Source: Fimicolochytrium jonesii | Lineage: Eukaryota | NCBI RefSeq assembly: GCF_025526975.1 | Contig: NW_026515678.1 | Coordinates: 620,001 to 684,000 of the forward strand | DNA: 64,000 bases | Reading direction: 5' to 3' | Shown here: one piece after another, positions 25,435-39,017 of the stretch | How positions within the stretch are numbered: the stretch's first letter is position 1 | Layout of the letters: each line of letters opens with the position of its first letter | Translations under genes and position numbers: made by a program | Notes under the pieces: generated by a model | Told to the model about the DNA's origin: nothing | Seen by the model: only the letters and a program-made list of their open reading frames with translations | Databases searched by the model: none

Positions 25435-26732
25435 CGGGACTGCACTGAATCTCCTGAATCTTGTTCATCCAGCTGAACGTCCTACGCTCAAAGGGAGGTT
25501 AGATGCTTGAAACCATTTAGCGTGGACAGTAACCAAGGGTAACAGTCTCATAGCGGACTTGGCATTCCTGAGAGCATCCATCATTGACTAGCGATAGGTC
25601 CAGCCAATCGAAGACGGCTCAGCGAAGTTCACTTTTACATGCGCCTGGCCCACCAAAATATGCCTCGCCCACTATTCCATTATGTAGGAACAAGGATTCC
25701 AAGAACCTACCCGGAAACGTTAGCCTTCCACAGCGCAGAGTGATGTAGCCGGTCAAGGGCAGCCGGACGTTGAGGTGTCGGCTTTGAGACCTGAGACGAT
25801 GTTCAAATTGATGTTTATTGGCGGTTGAAGACCGGTAGATTTAGGTGTCCGCTGTTGTTGGGTGTAGATTGAGTTTCCGCTGTTGTTTTGGGCTTGCGTC
25901 GGCAAGAAGAGTTGTCCAGGTGAAGGACAAACATGTGAGGAACGAGGAGGGAGTTCGGCTGCCCGCTTTGGCTTTTATAGAGGGCGGTTTCAGAGACGGA
26001 GAAGAAAAGGTGCGGAGGAGCAAACCCTGTCCTCCGTTCTGTCATACCACGGGTCCAGAGGGCTCTGAGTCCAGCGGTTTCACAGCGATCGCAGCGATCG
26101 AACCCTTCGACTCTCCGCACACAATCGATTGACAGTGTACACGTCACGCGTCCGAGTTCTGAACTGTCGGAGGTGTCGTCGCTGTCAATCTTTCACGAGC
26201 AACGACTCAATCGCCGCGCAACTGCACTCAACATAGGTACGCTGCATCTTGAGTGACCCAATGCGCGAGAGACACCGGGTGAATCATGGGTGTAGACGGT
26301 TCACAATAGACCCACATGTCCCACCGCGAATGCATCGAGGGGTATGCGAGACGGATGGACGACAGGTACTGGCGCAATCCTGGGCGGATGATGGGCGTCC
26401 GTGGAGTCGTTGAGCGGGTGATGGAGCAGTCATGCCTATGAGGCGAAGCCGACAAAATTTCTGCCCTCACTTGAACGCAGGAGTCAATGCCTTACTCCAC
26501 AATGCGCATGTTCCACCTGCATCTGTTTCTTGAACGGCACTTCCTGGTTCTGAAGTTTCGAGTGCTCGGGTTCTCGGTTCTCATCCAACGTGTGATTTAC
26601 ACGAAAAAGGTATATCAGATGGAACAAAGGCAATTAGGTTGCTATGTAATAGACAGCCCACAAGAGAAGAAGCCAGCGAGCCGGGACTAAAGGAAGTTCT
26701 AAAGGGAGTTCTAACAAGTCTAGTGATCTCTA

Positions 26733-29700
26733 TTACTGCCGCTCATGTTGAAACATGTCCATTCCATATACACCTGATGGCCGCGCATTTCCCACATTCT
26801 GCTGTTGTTGCGCGGCAGTAGCCGGCCCCGACGCTGCTTCCGGCGCGTTCGGATCGCGGATGGGAGTCCTCGAGTCAACGCCTGGTGGGGCCTGGACGGT
26901 GACTGGCAAGGCGAACTCGTGATGTTGGGGGTAACCTGCCCCTGGGTAAGGTGGATGCACGTGGCGGTCGTAGTAGTGGGGTGGGAGACGGGGAGAGGGT
27001 TGTTGGGACTGCTGCTGTTGCAGCGATGGTTGGTTGTGATGGTGTTGTGCTTGTTGCTGTGGGTGGATATGTTGCGTCTGCTGCTGTTGTTGCTGCTGGG
27101 AGGCCTCAAGATGCTGTTTCGGTATATGGTGTTGTTCCTGCTGTGGTTGTGGTTGCTGATGACTTGGCGATGCTCGGGCTTGCTGGGTACCTGGAGTGGC
27201 GGGGTTCGAAACCTATTATAGTGTGGAGACGCCATGTCAGTCATCTGTTGAAAACGAGGGAGCAGCCCATCGACATGCTCATCTTACCTGCGAACCCTGC
27301 CTTTGTTGTTGGCTTTCCATAGATCTGATATTCGGCGCAATCAGTTCGCTGAGACTAAACCCATTGGGATAGTACGACGAACGAGAGCCATGGGTGCCCG
27401 GCCCGCCGAACGGGTTCGGTGGCTGATGCTGATGCTGTGCTTGTACGTACTGCTGTTGACTAACATGTCCCGCGCTCAGAGCTGCAGTTTCGTTAGCATC
27501 AGGATGCTGGTGTTGCTGTTGTGATGGGTGATGGTGCGCTTGTGGGTGTGCATGTTGTTGTGACGGATCGAAGCGATGATCTAAATGGTGCGGATGTGGT
27601 TGATGTTGGTAAGGGTGGGGGTGCGACGGTTGCCGGTCCTGCATGTGTCCTGGCGCATGGTACATGTTCGGATCATGGGCATGACCTCCATATCCCACCG
27701 GCGGCCCGCTCCACGATTGATGCGGTATCGGGTGCTGCATTCCTGCAGGTGCCGGCCACGTTACCGGTTTGGTGTCCGGGGTCGCTGTGTCTGGAGGAGG
27801 AACGCGGTACCTAGGCGTGGGCGCCGTCCCAGGCAATTGCTCGCTCGACGACGGGGTCTCTGCAGCGACCGAATCCTCTTTGGCCCTCGCCTTTGTCTTG
27901 TCGCGTGGAGTAGCGCTAGTAGCTTTAGCAGCGGCGGCCCTAGCAGCAGCCACAACGGCCTTCGTGGCCTCCTCCTTTGCGATCAAGACCCGTTTCCGAC
28001 GCTTGCGCCCGTCCTCAGGTGCCACCCAATTGGTATTCACGGTGTATAATCCATTTGGGCCTCGGATGAGCCGTCCACGGTCAACAGCTTTCTTCAATGA
28101 TTGAGAGGCAGAGGGGCGGAAGTGCTCAGGCAGATCCGGGATGTTATCGGCCATCCATTGGAAGATGTTTTTCGGCTTGGATCCAGTGCGGTCCCGCATT
28201 TCCCCTACCGCCAGAGTGATCATATCTTCGTAACTACCGAGTGCACTTGTCATTCGCGGCCGTGTTTGTCTCGAGATTCCGCTGATGCTGCCCGCCCCGC
28301 TTCCCACCGCCGGCGATGTTGGCGTTGACCCGGATCGTGATCGCACTCGGGGCGTGCCCAGTGGTTCGCCAGTAGCACCAGGGCCGCATGTGGATATCCG
28401 GGTACTTTGACTGTTTGTCTCATCGAGTAGTACAGCAGGGGCAACCACCGAACGAGGACGCGCCGAAAAAGCGAGCATATCACTCGGCTTCAAATCCTGT
28501 GGGTTTTGCCCAAGATACCGAGCCGTCTCCGGGTAGCGCAAGGCTACTTGCAAAAGAACTACACTCAGTACATTATGAGGACAACGCTGTAGTGACGCGT
28601 ACATCTAAAACGTCAAAAACAGACCAGCGAGGTGAGGTGAGCATTCCGTGTTTGCGGCAACATCGAATGCAATGTCAATGACGTACATTTTGGAATCCCC
28701 TTGAGCATGACGAGCATGTTTTCCGCAGAAGAATCTTCACGACATCCGACGTGGTCTCGGGCATCTTGAGAACGGAACCTTGCTGACCTTCCAGACCCAT
28801 TCCCGATCCCGCTACGTCCATTTCCGGGGCGTCGAGCCTGTTCTCTTGCAGGGGTGTGAGACAGGTCAGGCACCGCCGGATATCGCTCGGAATTACCGGT
28901 GCCACCCATCCCGGCTCCTTAAGACGAGGTATATCTGCACGCCTTGGCTTATTGGGGCGACCCACAGGCTTCGTGGGATCAAATGGAGGAGCGAACGACC
29001 AATGAGCATCCACTACAGGTACGACGTTTTCCACCATCCTTCGCGCAGTGTCCGTTCCCTCACACTGGTGGCAAAACCAATACGCAGAGTACGTGTCCGC
29101 GATGTCGTTTGGAATAGGTAGCGGGGTATGACACATTTGGTGATAGGGCGCATCGCAGCCGTCGCAGATGACAATGCGGTCCTCCACGTTAGATTCTGCA
29201 CCCGCGCATACGCTGCAAAAAACGTTGGCATCCAGAGCGAGCGGGCTGCAGAAGTGTGACCGTCGTCCAACCACGTTCATCACGTCGCTACCGCCGCCGA
29301 GCTGGTGCCCCGCATCTGTTGGTGCTGGCGAGACGCGACTTTCCCTACCGCTCGATCCCTCCTCCACTTTGACAGAGGGTTCACTCGGTGGACCGTGATC
29401 CTCATTGCCGTCCTCCATGCCATCGACATATCCTCCGCCCTGCGGTCCTTCGTGGCCAGACTCCCCAGCGTTTGCATGAGGGTGCCCTATTTCAGGTATC
29501 TCGAAAGCCCCATCTGTAACTTCTCCCGGCGTCTCGACAGCGCCATTGTGATTCCCTTCGGCATGTCCGGCCTCTTGAAGCACCTCGGTAGCTGAGACCT
29601 GAGAGTTTAAGGTCATGTAAGCTTCGAACTCCCATTGAAATGGCTTTAGCCTCCCTCCAAACTTGCTACTTGCGCCAAAACTCCTACCTTTGCCGAATAG

Positions 29701-30056
29701 CTATTTCCAGTGTGGTCCAAAGATCGCTTCCGCTTTGCGTTCACCCCATCGAGATCTCTGAAGATGTTCGAACTCGGATGAATAGCAACATCTATCTCGA
29801 ACTCGCCGTCAGCATCGTATTCCCCTGGTAGCGACGATGATTGCTCCCGTGCTGCTCTAATATCATCAGCTAAGGCCGGAGAAGGCGCTTGCTGCACCGG
29901 GGATCTGGGCGCCTCCGACGGGAGGGCGCGAAAAAGGGGGTTGCCTTCGGTATGATCCGAGTCTGTGTGGGGCGGAGTCGAGGGAATGCCACCCTCCGAT
30001 GGCAGCATCGCCGGTACACCTGTTGGTGCGGGTATGAATGTGCTCGATTCAGCCAT
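26733..30056 (-). CDS. Chromatin protein with PHD finger, additional Cys pairs, linker histone H1/H5 (H15) globular domain and His/Gln-rich C-terminus
   Basis: PHD: CSVC...IVICDGCDAPYHQMC...WFCHQC. H15: SYEDMITLAVGEMRDRTGSKPKNIFQWM...SLKKAVDRGRLIR...GLYTV. GT-AG introns near 29.6-29.7 kb, ~28.6 kb and ~27.2-27.3 kb restore the frame to ...MDMFQHERQ*. Confidence 0.85.
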
Positions 30057-30756
30057 GTGATGTCCTTTGTCCGTCCAGCTGGGGATAAAAGGCGCATGTA
30101 AGAAAGGTGTTTCGTCGCCGAAAGCAATCTTGACGGCATACCGGAGCAATAAGAGATCAAGCCGTCGCCAAGAACGACGCAAGACCACAATGTGAACGTT
30201 TGTGAGAAGTTCGCTTGTTTCTCTGTATGTCTATGTATGAGCCGCTCCCTCCCAAACGTTCAGCTAGGGTCCTAGCAATATGTCAATGGGCTATACTGGG
30301 GCGCCGTCACCATCGGAGTGCCAGTGCCAACGCGACGAGACTGAAGCTACCACCCGTCGGGGCTGGATGATGATATAGTGAGGGCCGAAAGCGTTCTCTT
30401 GTAGATGATCAATACCATCACCAACGCTGTGAGGATGGAAAACGCAGCTTGCAAGTTGGAACGGCCAAAAGGAATGGAAATTCGGAGGGAGGAGCCGCAC
30501 TTGTCACGTGACCGAACACAACGCGTCCTGCCGTGGGTCGGAGTTCGCCTTCCTGCATTGCGTCGAGATACGTAAGAGGCGTGCTATTGAAATTATGCCG
30601 AATAACAAAACAAAAACAAAAATGGAAAATGCGTGGGTGTGGGGAAACAGAAACAAGAAGCCTATAAGGCGTGGGTGAAATGAGGTCCAGTGAAGTGAAG
30701 TTCATCAGGCTCGGGGGACAGCGATGACCGTCTCTAAACCGTCAAATTCACCAGAT

Positions 30757-33043
30757 CTATCCCGAAAGCCCGGCAACAATCGCGGCAATCCCAGCTACGG
30801 CTAGCACCGCCTTCCTTGGCCCCACAGTTTCTCCCTCACTCGACTGATCCACCTTGCTCTTGAACGTCGGCGTAGGTACCGTCTCCGCCTCATTCCAAGT
30901 CGCCGGCGTGTTGGTGTTGGCCGTGCGCAAGTTGATGGTCGCAGCCTGCGCAACGACAGCACCACGGTTGTCCATGGCGAACAACATCCAGTTTCCGGGC
31001 GGGGCAATGTTGCCGTTGGCGGGCAACTGCACAAGGACTTTGTCGGCAGCGTACTTGAGGATTTGAAGTTCAATGTGGCGCTGGTCGTTATTGACCGTGT
31101 GGGTCATGGACGCGTAGCGGATGATCGAGACCTGCTGAATCGTGGGGGCGACGGCGGAGGTGAATTGGACGACGATTTGTTGACCATAGGTTACCGCGGG
31201 GGTTTTGAAGGGAAGGACGAGTTGAGGCGGGTTGGCGATGTACTTGTAGGGAGGGTAGTACACATCAATTCTAAAGGGAGAGCGTTAATATGAAGGGCCA
31301 CACGGTGATGCTTTGATGCATTTACTCACCCCATCTCATCGGGTCTTCCATTAACGAAATCGTCTCCGTTCTGTGCGTCTCCACCACCGGTCAAGACTGT
31401 TCCATCCTCCCTCAACAGCGCCGTGTTGTGGTAGTGGCGGGCCGTGGGCGCAGGGGCTCCAACCTTCCACCGCTTGGGGTTGCCGACCGGGTACGAGGGG
31501 TCGAAGATGACCGCTTGTTTGACGCCTTTGCTGGCTTTGGGTTGCCCGTAGACACCTCCTTGGTGGCCTTGTCCGGAGCCTGAAACAATCACGACTGTTC
31601 CGTCTGGAAGATTGACAGCTCCCGGTTGGGACCTTGCTAAAGGCATCTGCTCAACCTGGAACGGCTCGGTTACGGTAGCTCCATTCCTTTCCAGCGTAGT
31701 CCAATGGCACGCAGCAACAGGCAAACAGGTTGGGCAGTTACTCCAAGGCGCCTTCGTTGGGTCACCTCCACCCTCACGGGGCTGGGGCGTTCCGTCGGGC
31801 GCGGTGCCATTAACACCACCGCAGATCCAGGACTCCATGTGGTAGTTGTCGCGGTAGGAGAGCATTGGGACGAAGTTGGTGCCGGCAAAGGGGAAGGAGA
31901 GAGGGAGCGTGCCGTTCGCTTTGGTGAGGTCGATGGCGGCGTGCGCGGTCTCCGCACCTGTTTTGGGGTCGATGATGGCGGACTGACAGGCAGAACGTGA
32001 GAAAAGCGTCAACACTAGAGAAAACCACTCCACCAGTGACAATGACCTACCTCAGAGTGCGCAAACACCCAGACGTTCCCTGAGGACGGCAGGACGTACA
32101 ACAAAGGGTACATGTTGATTGGGAAATGCTTCGCCAACAGCGCGATGTTCTTCGACGTGCCATACGGGCCCTGAGTAGGGCTCCACATCTCATAGGTCGG
32201 GTTATCGGCGAGCGGGTTGGCAGGGTCAAAGAAGTAGTGCTGCCCGCCCACGAGCATAACGTCCTCGGTGGGGAGGAGCACCGCGGAGGGGTACCAGCGG
32301 CCCCAGTACTTGTAGGTGCTGCCGCCAGGGGTTGACGGCAGCACGTCAGGACCGCGATACATGGAAGCTACGAATTGGAGGGTCGGCGGGGTCGTTTCTG
32401 TTGAGGGGTTCATCACGCGGATGTCAGACCGTCCGTTCGAAGTGTAGTTGCGCCCGTTGAACGATCGGTCCCTGTTAAGATTGAATGGGATTCAGAGCGT
32501 GAGCAATGGATGAGATGGGAGAAGCGTTCGTCGACTCCAAGTCAATATATACCAGAATTCATCACCACCGGCGACAAAGTAACTTCCATTAGCAAGTTGA
32601 GCATGTCCCGAACAGAAAGCATACCCATGCAACTGCCCCTGCACGGAATTGTTGAAGAAATTCTGGTTGATGAACGTGTAGTTCTTTGTCCCAAAGTTGA
32701 ACTCTGCGGCATCGGTAAAGAAGTCCTTGTTGGCAAAGTTAGGATTGCCGTTGTACCACTGCATCAAAGGCATTTTGGAAAGAGCAGTGATTTGGTCTTG
32801 GGTCCAGCCGTCGGTGGCAGGGGGTGGGTTCCAGTAGTGGACACGCTCGGAGATGTAAAGCTTGTCGCCCGGGGAGTAGGCGGCATGGATGGCGACTACT
32901 CCGGCGTTGTCGGTCCAAGTCTTCCAACCACCGATTTGAACAGGGTCAGTAGCGGTCCCATCGGTGCCAGTAGTTTGAGCATAACCAGCGCCAGCGGAGG
33001 CCACCGCGAGAATGAGGGCAGTGGTGCCGATAGCGTAGAGCAT
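30757..33043 (-). CDS. Secreted copper radical oxidase (CAZy AA5, glyoxal/galactose oxidase-like) with DUF1929 C-terminal domain and hydrophobic GPI-like tail
   Basis: Signal peptide MLYAIGTTALILAVASAGAGYA. Motifs FCSGHAQLANG, RWYPS, NMYP, RHYHN, MTHTVNNDQR, NIAPPGNWMLF. The Cys-Tyr cofactor and Tyr/His/His copper-ligand motifs are all present. Three introns. Confidence 0.92.
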
Positions 33044-34117
33044 CGTCGGAGTTACGTTTGTTTTATTGGGAGTGAGTATCGGGTAGGTGGAATTAGGAGT
33101 GACGACGATGGGGTGAGCAAATGGTCTCCTCTCGCCTTTCGCAATGGGGAGGGGGTTGTTGTGCGCCTCCTCTCTTTATTCTCTGGAAGGCCGTCGCTTA
33201 TCGCGAGCACACTTTAAGTTTCTTCTCCCGCTTTCTCTCGGAGTTTGCGAGGGATACGCCTCAACTCAACCGGCACTCGGAGAACAGACGCGCCTGGCAA
33301 CATGCACGCATTCACGCACGCACTCGGATCCAAACGCCTGGTGAGTGATGATGTTTTACCGACACTCGCGCGCTGCCCTTCGTTCCTGCTCCTGTCGATT
33401 TCACCGCCCCGATCTTCCGCTGAGCTTTCTTGATCTTCGAGCTTGACGGTGGCTCACATAAGACAACGTTCCAGGAACTTCGCCTTCTCATCAGAGCTCC
33501 TGATCAAAAGTCGCACTCTGCATTCAGTCGCCTGTGAGCCATGGGCCCCCTGCCTTTCTTGGCTTTCCACATCCACTTGAAGACAGTGGACACCGACCGA
33601 TCGCCGATTCTGTGGGAGAAACAACACAATCATCATTGCCGTTGGATGTGGTTCGCGCAGTTTCAGTTTTCATCAGTCTTGGCTTTCGGACTAACGCAGG
33701 TTACACAGGATGACGACACCGCCACAACTGGGGGAAACGGTCAAGCACAGCCATACAATACATACCGGTTACCGGTAGATACACACTAGGTTTCCCGCCT
33801 GGGCGTCTCGCTTACAAAGACCTCGAATCCGTTGGGACCCCGGGTAAACTCCTTGGATGCGTGAGCCGGAGTGACTGCGCGTCGTTCTGATTGCGAGAGA
33901 TAGAACGGTCAAATAGAAGCTTCCATGAATGTGGAATGTTCCCGAATGTGGACCGTGTCATAAACCCGTCAATTATCGAAGGAGAGGACGCGCTGGAGCT
34001 TTCAGCCGCTGAATGATGTGAAGGCAGGGCACGAGAGCCCAAGAAGTACAGATCTTGTTCGCTTCTATCAACTCTTCAATGGTCGTTCTTTTGCCTTATA
34101 CACCTAGCATGAACTCT

Positions 34118-35075
34118 TGTAATGAGGTGCGACAGGTGCCATTACCCAATGGGCTTGTACCGAGATGATCTTAGGCTCAATGGGACTCCATGAGTTGAGG
34201 CTTGTGACTCAAGCGTAAAGGCCTCAGCCGCTGCCGGCGAAGGTTGGGAGGCTAGAATTTTAAGGAGAGACAGAATAGACATACACTAGCATCGGCACCA
34301 CTTTACTGAGATACCTCCTCTACGCTAAGATGAACACCGAAGGGCCGCCCGGCACTGGGACCGGCCCCGCCAACATACGAAGAGTCGGTCTCACCGGGTT
34401 CAATCACCCAGACCGGAGAGCCTTGAGAGAAAGCATAAGACCACCCCAAGGAGCTTCCCATCAATCCCCTGAGTGAAGACAACGATCCCGCTCTTGACCC
34501 ACCCGCCGGGACTACAGGAGCCACATTTCACAACGGCAACAATCGTGCTCCAGGAGCCGCCAAGACCGCCGACACCCCAGGGAGCGTGAATGCCGACGCC
34601 GTCGCAGTCAAAGCCCCTGCCAAGGAAACAAACAGCAAGATATTAAAATCAGGATCGTGGCCCAGCTGGCTAGCATTAACGCCACTCTCCAACGGCAGTT
34701 CGAGAGGCAGGCTTACAAACCGTGAGGCAGCGACCGTCCGGGCCACCACCAAAATGAACGGGATGAGGATATGATCACCAGCAACGAACGAAGACGCAAG
34801 GCCGACGCAGAAGGAGTATCAGGCTACTCTTGCCAAAATGCTGAACAAACTCGATGGTCGGGCGAACGGACAAGACATGGTTGCCAAGCCCGACGAGTTC
34901 GTGGACGCTCACCTCCGTTACCTAGATGCCACGGAATACAGGAGTCAGTCCGGAGACATCAGGCACTTCCTCGCCCACCTGTCCAGCGACACCGCCGAGT
35001 GGTGGAAGCTGGGATCACGTTCTGGACAGCCGGCATCACTCAGGAAGGTTTCCTGAAGATACTCAAGCGGCGGTG
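34118..35075 (+). mobile_element. Relic Ty3/gypsy element related to element B (degenerate LTR + gag fragment)
   Basis: TGTAATGAGGTGC at 34118 matches the start of the B LTR. The peptide MLNKLDGRANGQDMVAKPDEFVDAHLRYL...AEWWKL closely matches B Gag. Confidence 0.7.
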
Positions 35076-36132
35076 TACTAGTGTGCCTCGAACTGCGCAT
35101 GAAATCATCAATATTTGGAACACCATTTCTACGCCTAGAACCTTTGATGATAAGAAGATTCAAGACGATACAAAACAACGCACAATCAGACCATTTACGC
35201 CCGAAATCCTTTATGCATCAACCTTATACGATACCGTCAATACCATAAAAACTTTCTGCCAGTAAATCGACACTCTCGCGGTTACCCTCCGACAATTACC
35301 TAAAACACTTGCCTGTACCGACGTCTCGCTTCACATCGATGTTTTGCCTTTGGATATGACTGACATGCAAAAAACGTAGGCGTAGGTGAAGATCTCACAC
35401 ATGAAAGCGCCCCCAACACCACTCTCAACTGACTGAAAGCTCCCAGGACGCCATGCACTCTGAAGAAAACAATTGCGCAACGATGAATCCCATTTCCGGG
35501 GGCCGTATACGCCGAACGTTAAAGAAGAAGAAGAGGAAAGATTAGCGATAATGCCGTGTCAGCTTAGACATTGCAAATGGAAAAATGAAAAATGACGTAG
35601 AGGGCTGCGAGAAAAGACAAAAATCCCTCGACGCAGCTGATTCCTCTACAGACAATTGGTAAAGACTTTGGACTTTGACTAAATTCTGTAGCTTAGGAAT
35701 ATTGTGAAAGTGGTCGATTATTCCCTGAGATAGGTCCTAAATCGGGTCGTTCACGGGTGGAGATGTGGAGAGTGCAAGGTAAAAGGCAGAGACCAACTAA
35801 ATCCCTATTCACACCACACAAGTAGACACGTTTGGGCGTACTCCATATATTGGCAACCCCTTACTGCTTGTCATAGGTACGCTAGTCAGTCGGGCCAACA
35901 GGCACTAATGATACAAACTTAGGGTCTAGTCTATCACCGTGAAATGCGTCCCCCGACAATCTACACCAGTGGAGTCCTTTTTTTACGGGGGGGGAAGGGT
36001 GTGTGTGTCTCTATCCTATACTGATCATGCTGGTCATACGCGCACAAATGCTGATCTCCTCTTGAATCTCCTCATCTCTTTGTATGCCGTCAACCCAATC
36101 ATTTTAAAATCCTCCCCTTTTTTGAGCTTTCC

Positions 36133-36671
36133 TGTTATGGACGACACGTCCATATCATTAGCATACCTCACGACAGCACACTGACAGCTGTCCGTGTCAA
36201 TGCCAATGGCAATGTCAACGTCAACGTCAATGTCAATGTCAAACATCGCTCACTCCTTCGCTCCCCTCTCAATTTGCTAATCCCCCCGCAATCTCGCCGC
36301 TCCTCCTCGACCCCGCTCACTGTGAGCTCATCTGTGAGCTAATCTCTGGTCATTTGTCAACCCCCAATACTTCTCCACATCCAGCAACTGTAGACATGCT
36401 CTCTAAGCTCGCTACGCTCGCTCTAGGCTAGATAGCATAGCTGTCGCTCACCCAGTCCCCTCTTGTTGTTGTTCTTCACTCTGGCTTGTTTATCTATAAA
36501 TAGCCGCCCCCTCTTTGTGCATTCCCTTTTTCCCCAGCAGATCAACACCAGTTCTTCTCAACTCCTGTTCTAGTTCTTGCTTCTTGTTTTGCCAATACAA
36601 TCCCCTGTCTCCTATCGCTCTCGCTCTGCCTTCTCTTCTTCGCTCCCGCCTCCGTCGTCGAGATTTTAACA
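36133..36671 (+). mobile_element. Solo LTR of the element D family
   Basis: TGTTATGG...TTAACA. Shares blocks with 61930-62460 (TAAATAGCCGCC; CCCCAGCAGATCAACACCAGTTCTTC). Flanks TTTCC/GTTCC form a 4/5 TSD. Contains a (TGTCAA)-like hexamer run at ~36194-36243. Confidence 0.75.
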
Positions 36672-36802
36672 GTTCCTCTAGGATGGGTGCTCAGGAGGGT
36701 TCTGCCGTGGTACTCCCTATTGTTTGCAGAGACTAGCCTGTTGCACCATGGGTTGGCATTGTTGACTCTGGTTGCCATGGTGTGGAAGCGGCTGGGAACC
36801 TC

Positions 36803-36993
36803 TGTAATGTGGGTTGTCCGGTCTAGTTGGAGAACCACATGTCTGTGAGACAGGCCTCGCAGAATATACCTGCATATCCCAGCGGATATACTGGGCTACA
36901 CGTCTCGAGAGTGTTCTCCAGTGGACTCCAGCCTCACGGGTGCTTTAACAGTGCTCGTCGCACGTTCCTATTCACAAGAAGGACCTCCTTTAC
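36803..36993 (+). repeat. Partial extra LTR of the element A family, directly upstream of the A 5' LTR
   Basis: Starts TGTAATGTGGGTTGTCCGGTCT like 36994 and shares GTGTTCTCCAGTGG...CTTTAACAGTGCTCGTCG. Confidence 0.7.
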
Positions 36994-39017
36994 TGTAATG
37001 TGGGTTGTCCGGTCTTATTGGAGAAGGACGCGTCAGTGAAAGACCTATCGCTGTCTAGGTGGAAGGCCTTCTGGCCCGTCAGTGAAAGGCCTTCCAGTCA
37101 GTGTTCTCCAGTGGCCTCCGACCTCGTGGGTACTTTAACAGTGCTCGTCGTGCGTTCCTATGCACAAAAAGTAGTTCTTCTACTGCATATCGAATAGCAG
37201 CGCCGATGAACACCCAGTCCGTCTACAATACCTTACAGCAAAGTAGTGATTGTATACGAACATCAGTTATACAACCCATGTGGAAGGTAGTCCACAGCAC
37301 ATGGTAGCACCACTCGTTTCGACCAAAAACGAGCTTCATAGTAGATAAACATGTCGGCAACTTCAGCATATCGAAATTGCGGACGTAGCAATCGTCACAG
37401 AACGTCGATACAACCCTTCTAGATGATTCAAATAGCCTTCAGGACATCCAGGACAACGTCCACCGTAACTCCTGAAGCCCCTAGTGCGCTATAGTCGAAA
37501 AGCGCCGACCTATAGGTTATTTACCTAGTAGAACAACCGATACATCGCAACCACCTTGCTTTTTGCACCTGGATGGTTCAACAAACCTCCGTAACTCACA
37601 GTTTGCCATCCATACCTTACTCTTCCGGTATATCGACCCCTTGAGAGTATACGTTCAACGGTCGACACGTTACCACATAAACGCGTTTTTACGAGTAGCC
37701 AATTGGTAAACCGTTCACGGATCGGAAATCTACCCCAGTAATTCGATCCCTTCAAAGGAATTTGATCTACGGATACGGAGATATAAAAAACGTACAAAAT
37801 CGTCGCCATTATAACCTCTGTATAGCAAAACTATTGCAGTTTTGACCAAAACATTCTCCGATGAGGTTCTGCCCGGTCTTGAGAATTACCTTCAGTTACA
37901 CTGAACATTACGGGATGTTTGATTCATCACAAAACAAGTAATCAGTCATCGCCTTCGTCAAGAATTCGATACTTAAGCGAAAACCGGCGGATAGGAAAAG
38001 GCTCTCAGTTTTGAGACAGCGCTGAGCCGTTAGGGTTCCTCTTGATCCTCTCAAAGGTCTCTTTGAACTAATAGCTTCAGATCCTGCACAGGATCAATGC
38101 AGCCAAAACCCGCCGACATCGGACACGGTGGATTTTGGGGATTTTTCGCTCGAAAGAGGGAGAATCTATGCCCGAATTTTGGTTATTGCATACGGCATAT
38201 ACCTGATTTGACACCTAGTTGTTTGTGTGTATTTGCTCAAGGTACTGAGCTATACAACATCAATGGAGTACTTCTGTCTGCATTCTGGAAGTATTCGTCG
38301 TTGTTTGAGGTTATTCGAACTGAAAACGCGATTACGCTGGCCAGAAGGGCGTTATGAGTACATCAATGGGTAGTACAGTTACCAGGAGGGAGGAAACTAC
38401 TCCTGGGGGTACAGCTGTTATTACTGAGATCGTTGAGGAGCTGGGAACTTTGGTTGATGTAATAATGCTAGGTCCGTTGCCAGAGGCTAGCTCTGTCTCC
38501 GCTCGATGTATTGAAAGAATTCTAGGGTTTCTACCTCCCGGGGCGCCGCCCAAAGGCTTTTCTTCCCTTCGGGAGTCACCCCAGAGCGTAGGACTCCAAT
38601 ATAATCTATTCTACGCGTGATCTCATGCCCTACGCGCTTCCCCGCACTAAGGTGACACCTGCAGCACCTCATTACACCCCCCTTAGAGCCAAGTGTCACT
38701 CCGACACCGACCGCACCTGTCAGTCGCTCCCCGCTGTTACTTGATGTGGAGCTGACACAGGTATCGGCCATGAGGAGTGCGCATGGCTCTACTGGAGCGG
38801 CTGGCGTCACCGGTGGTCACCACGATGGCAATCAGATCCACGCTGATATGAGGTAGAGATGATTCGGCCGCAACTGGTCGTGGGGCGCTATGGTCCTTGT
38901 CTCTGCGGCATATAAAAGGAAGGCAGTAGTCCCCTTGGCACCGTCCCGCCAGTCCTCGGACTTACATTTCTTGCTCCCAATCTCGTAACCTCTCACCGTC
39001 GCCGTTCACCTCTCACC

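Noticed and set aside
35075..36132. AT-richer stretch with a purine tract at ~35987-36000
   Set aside because: Probably retroelement debris, but no second copy, ORF or terminal pair was found to support a call
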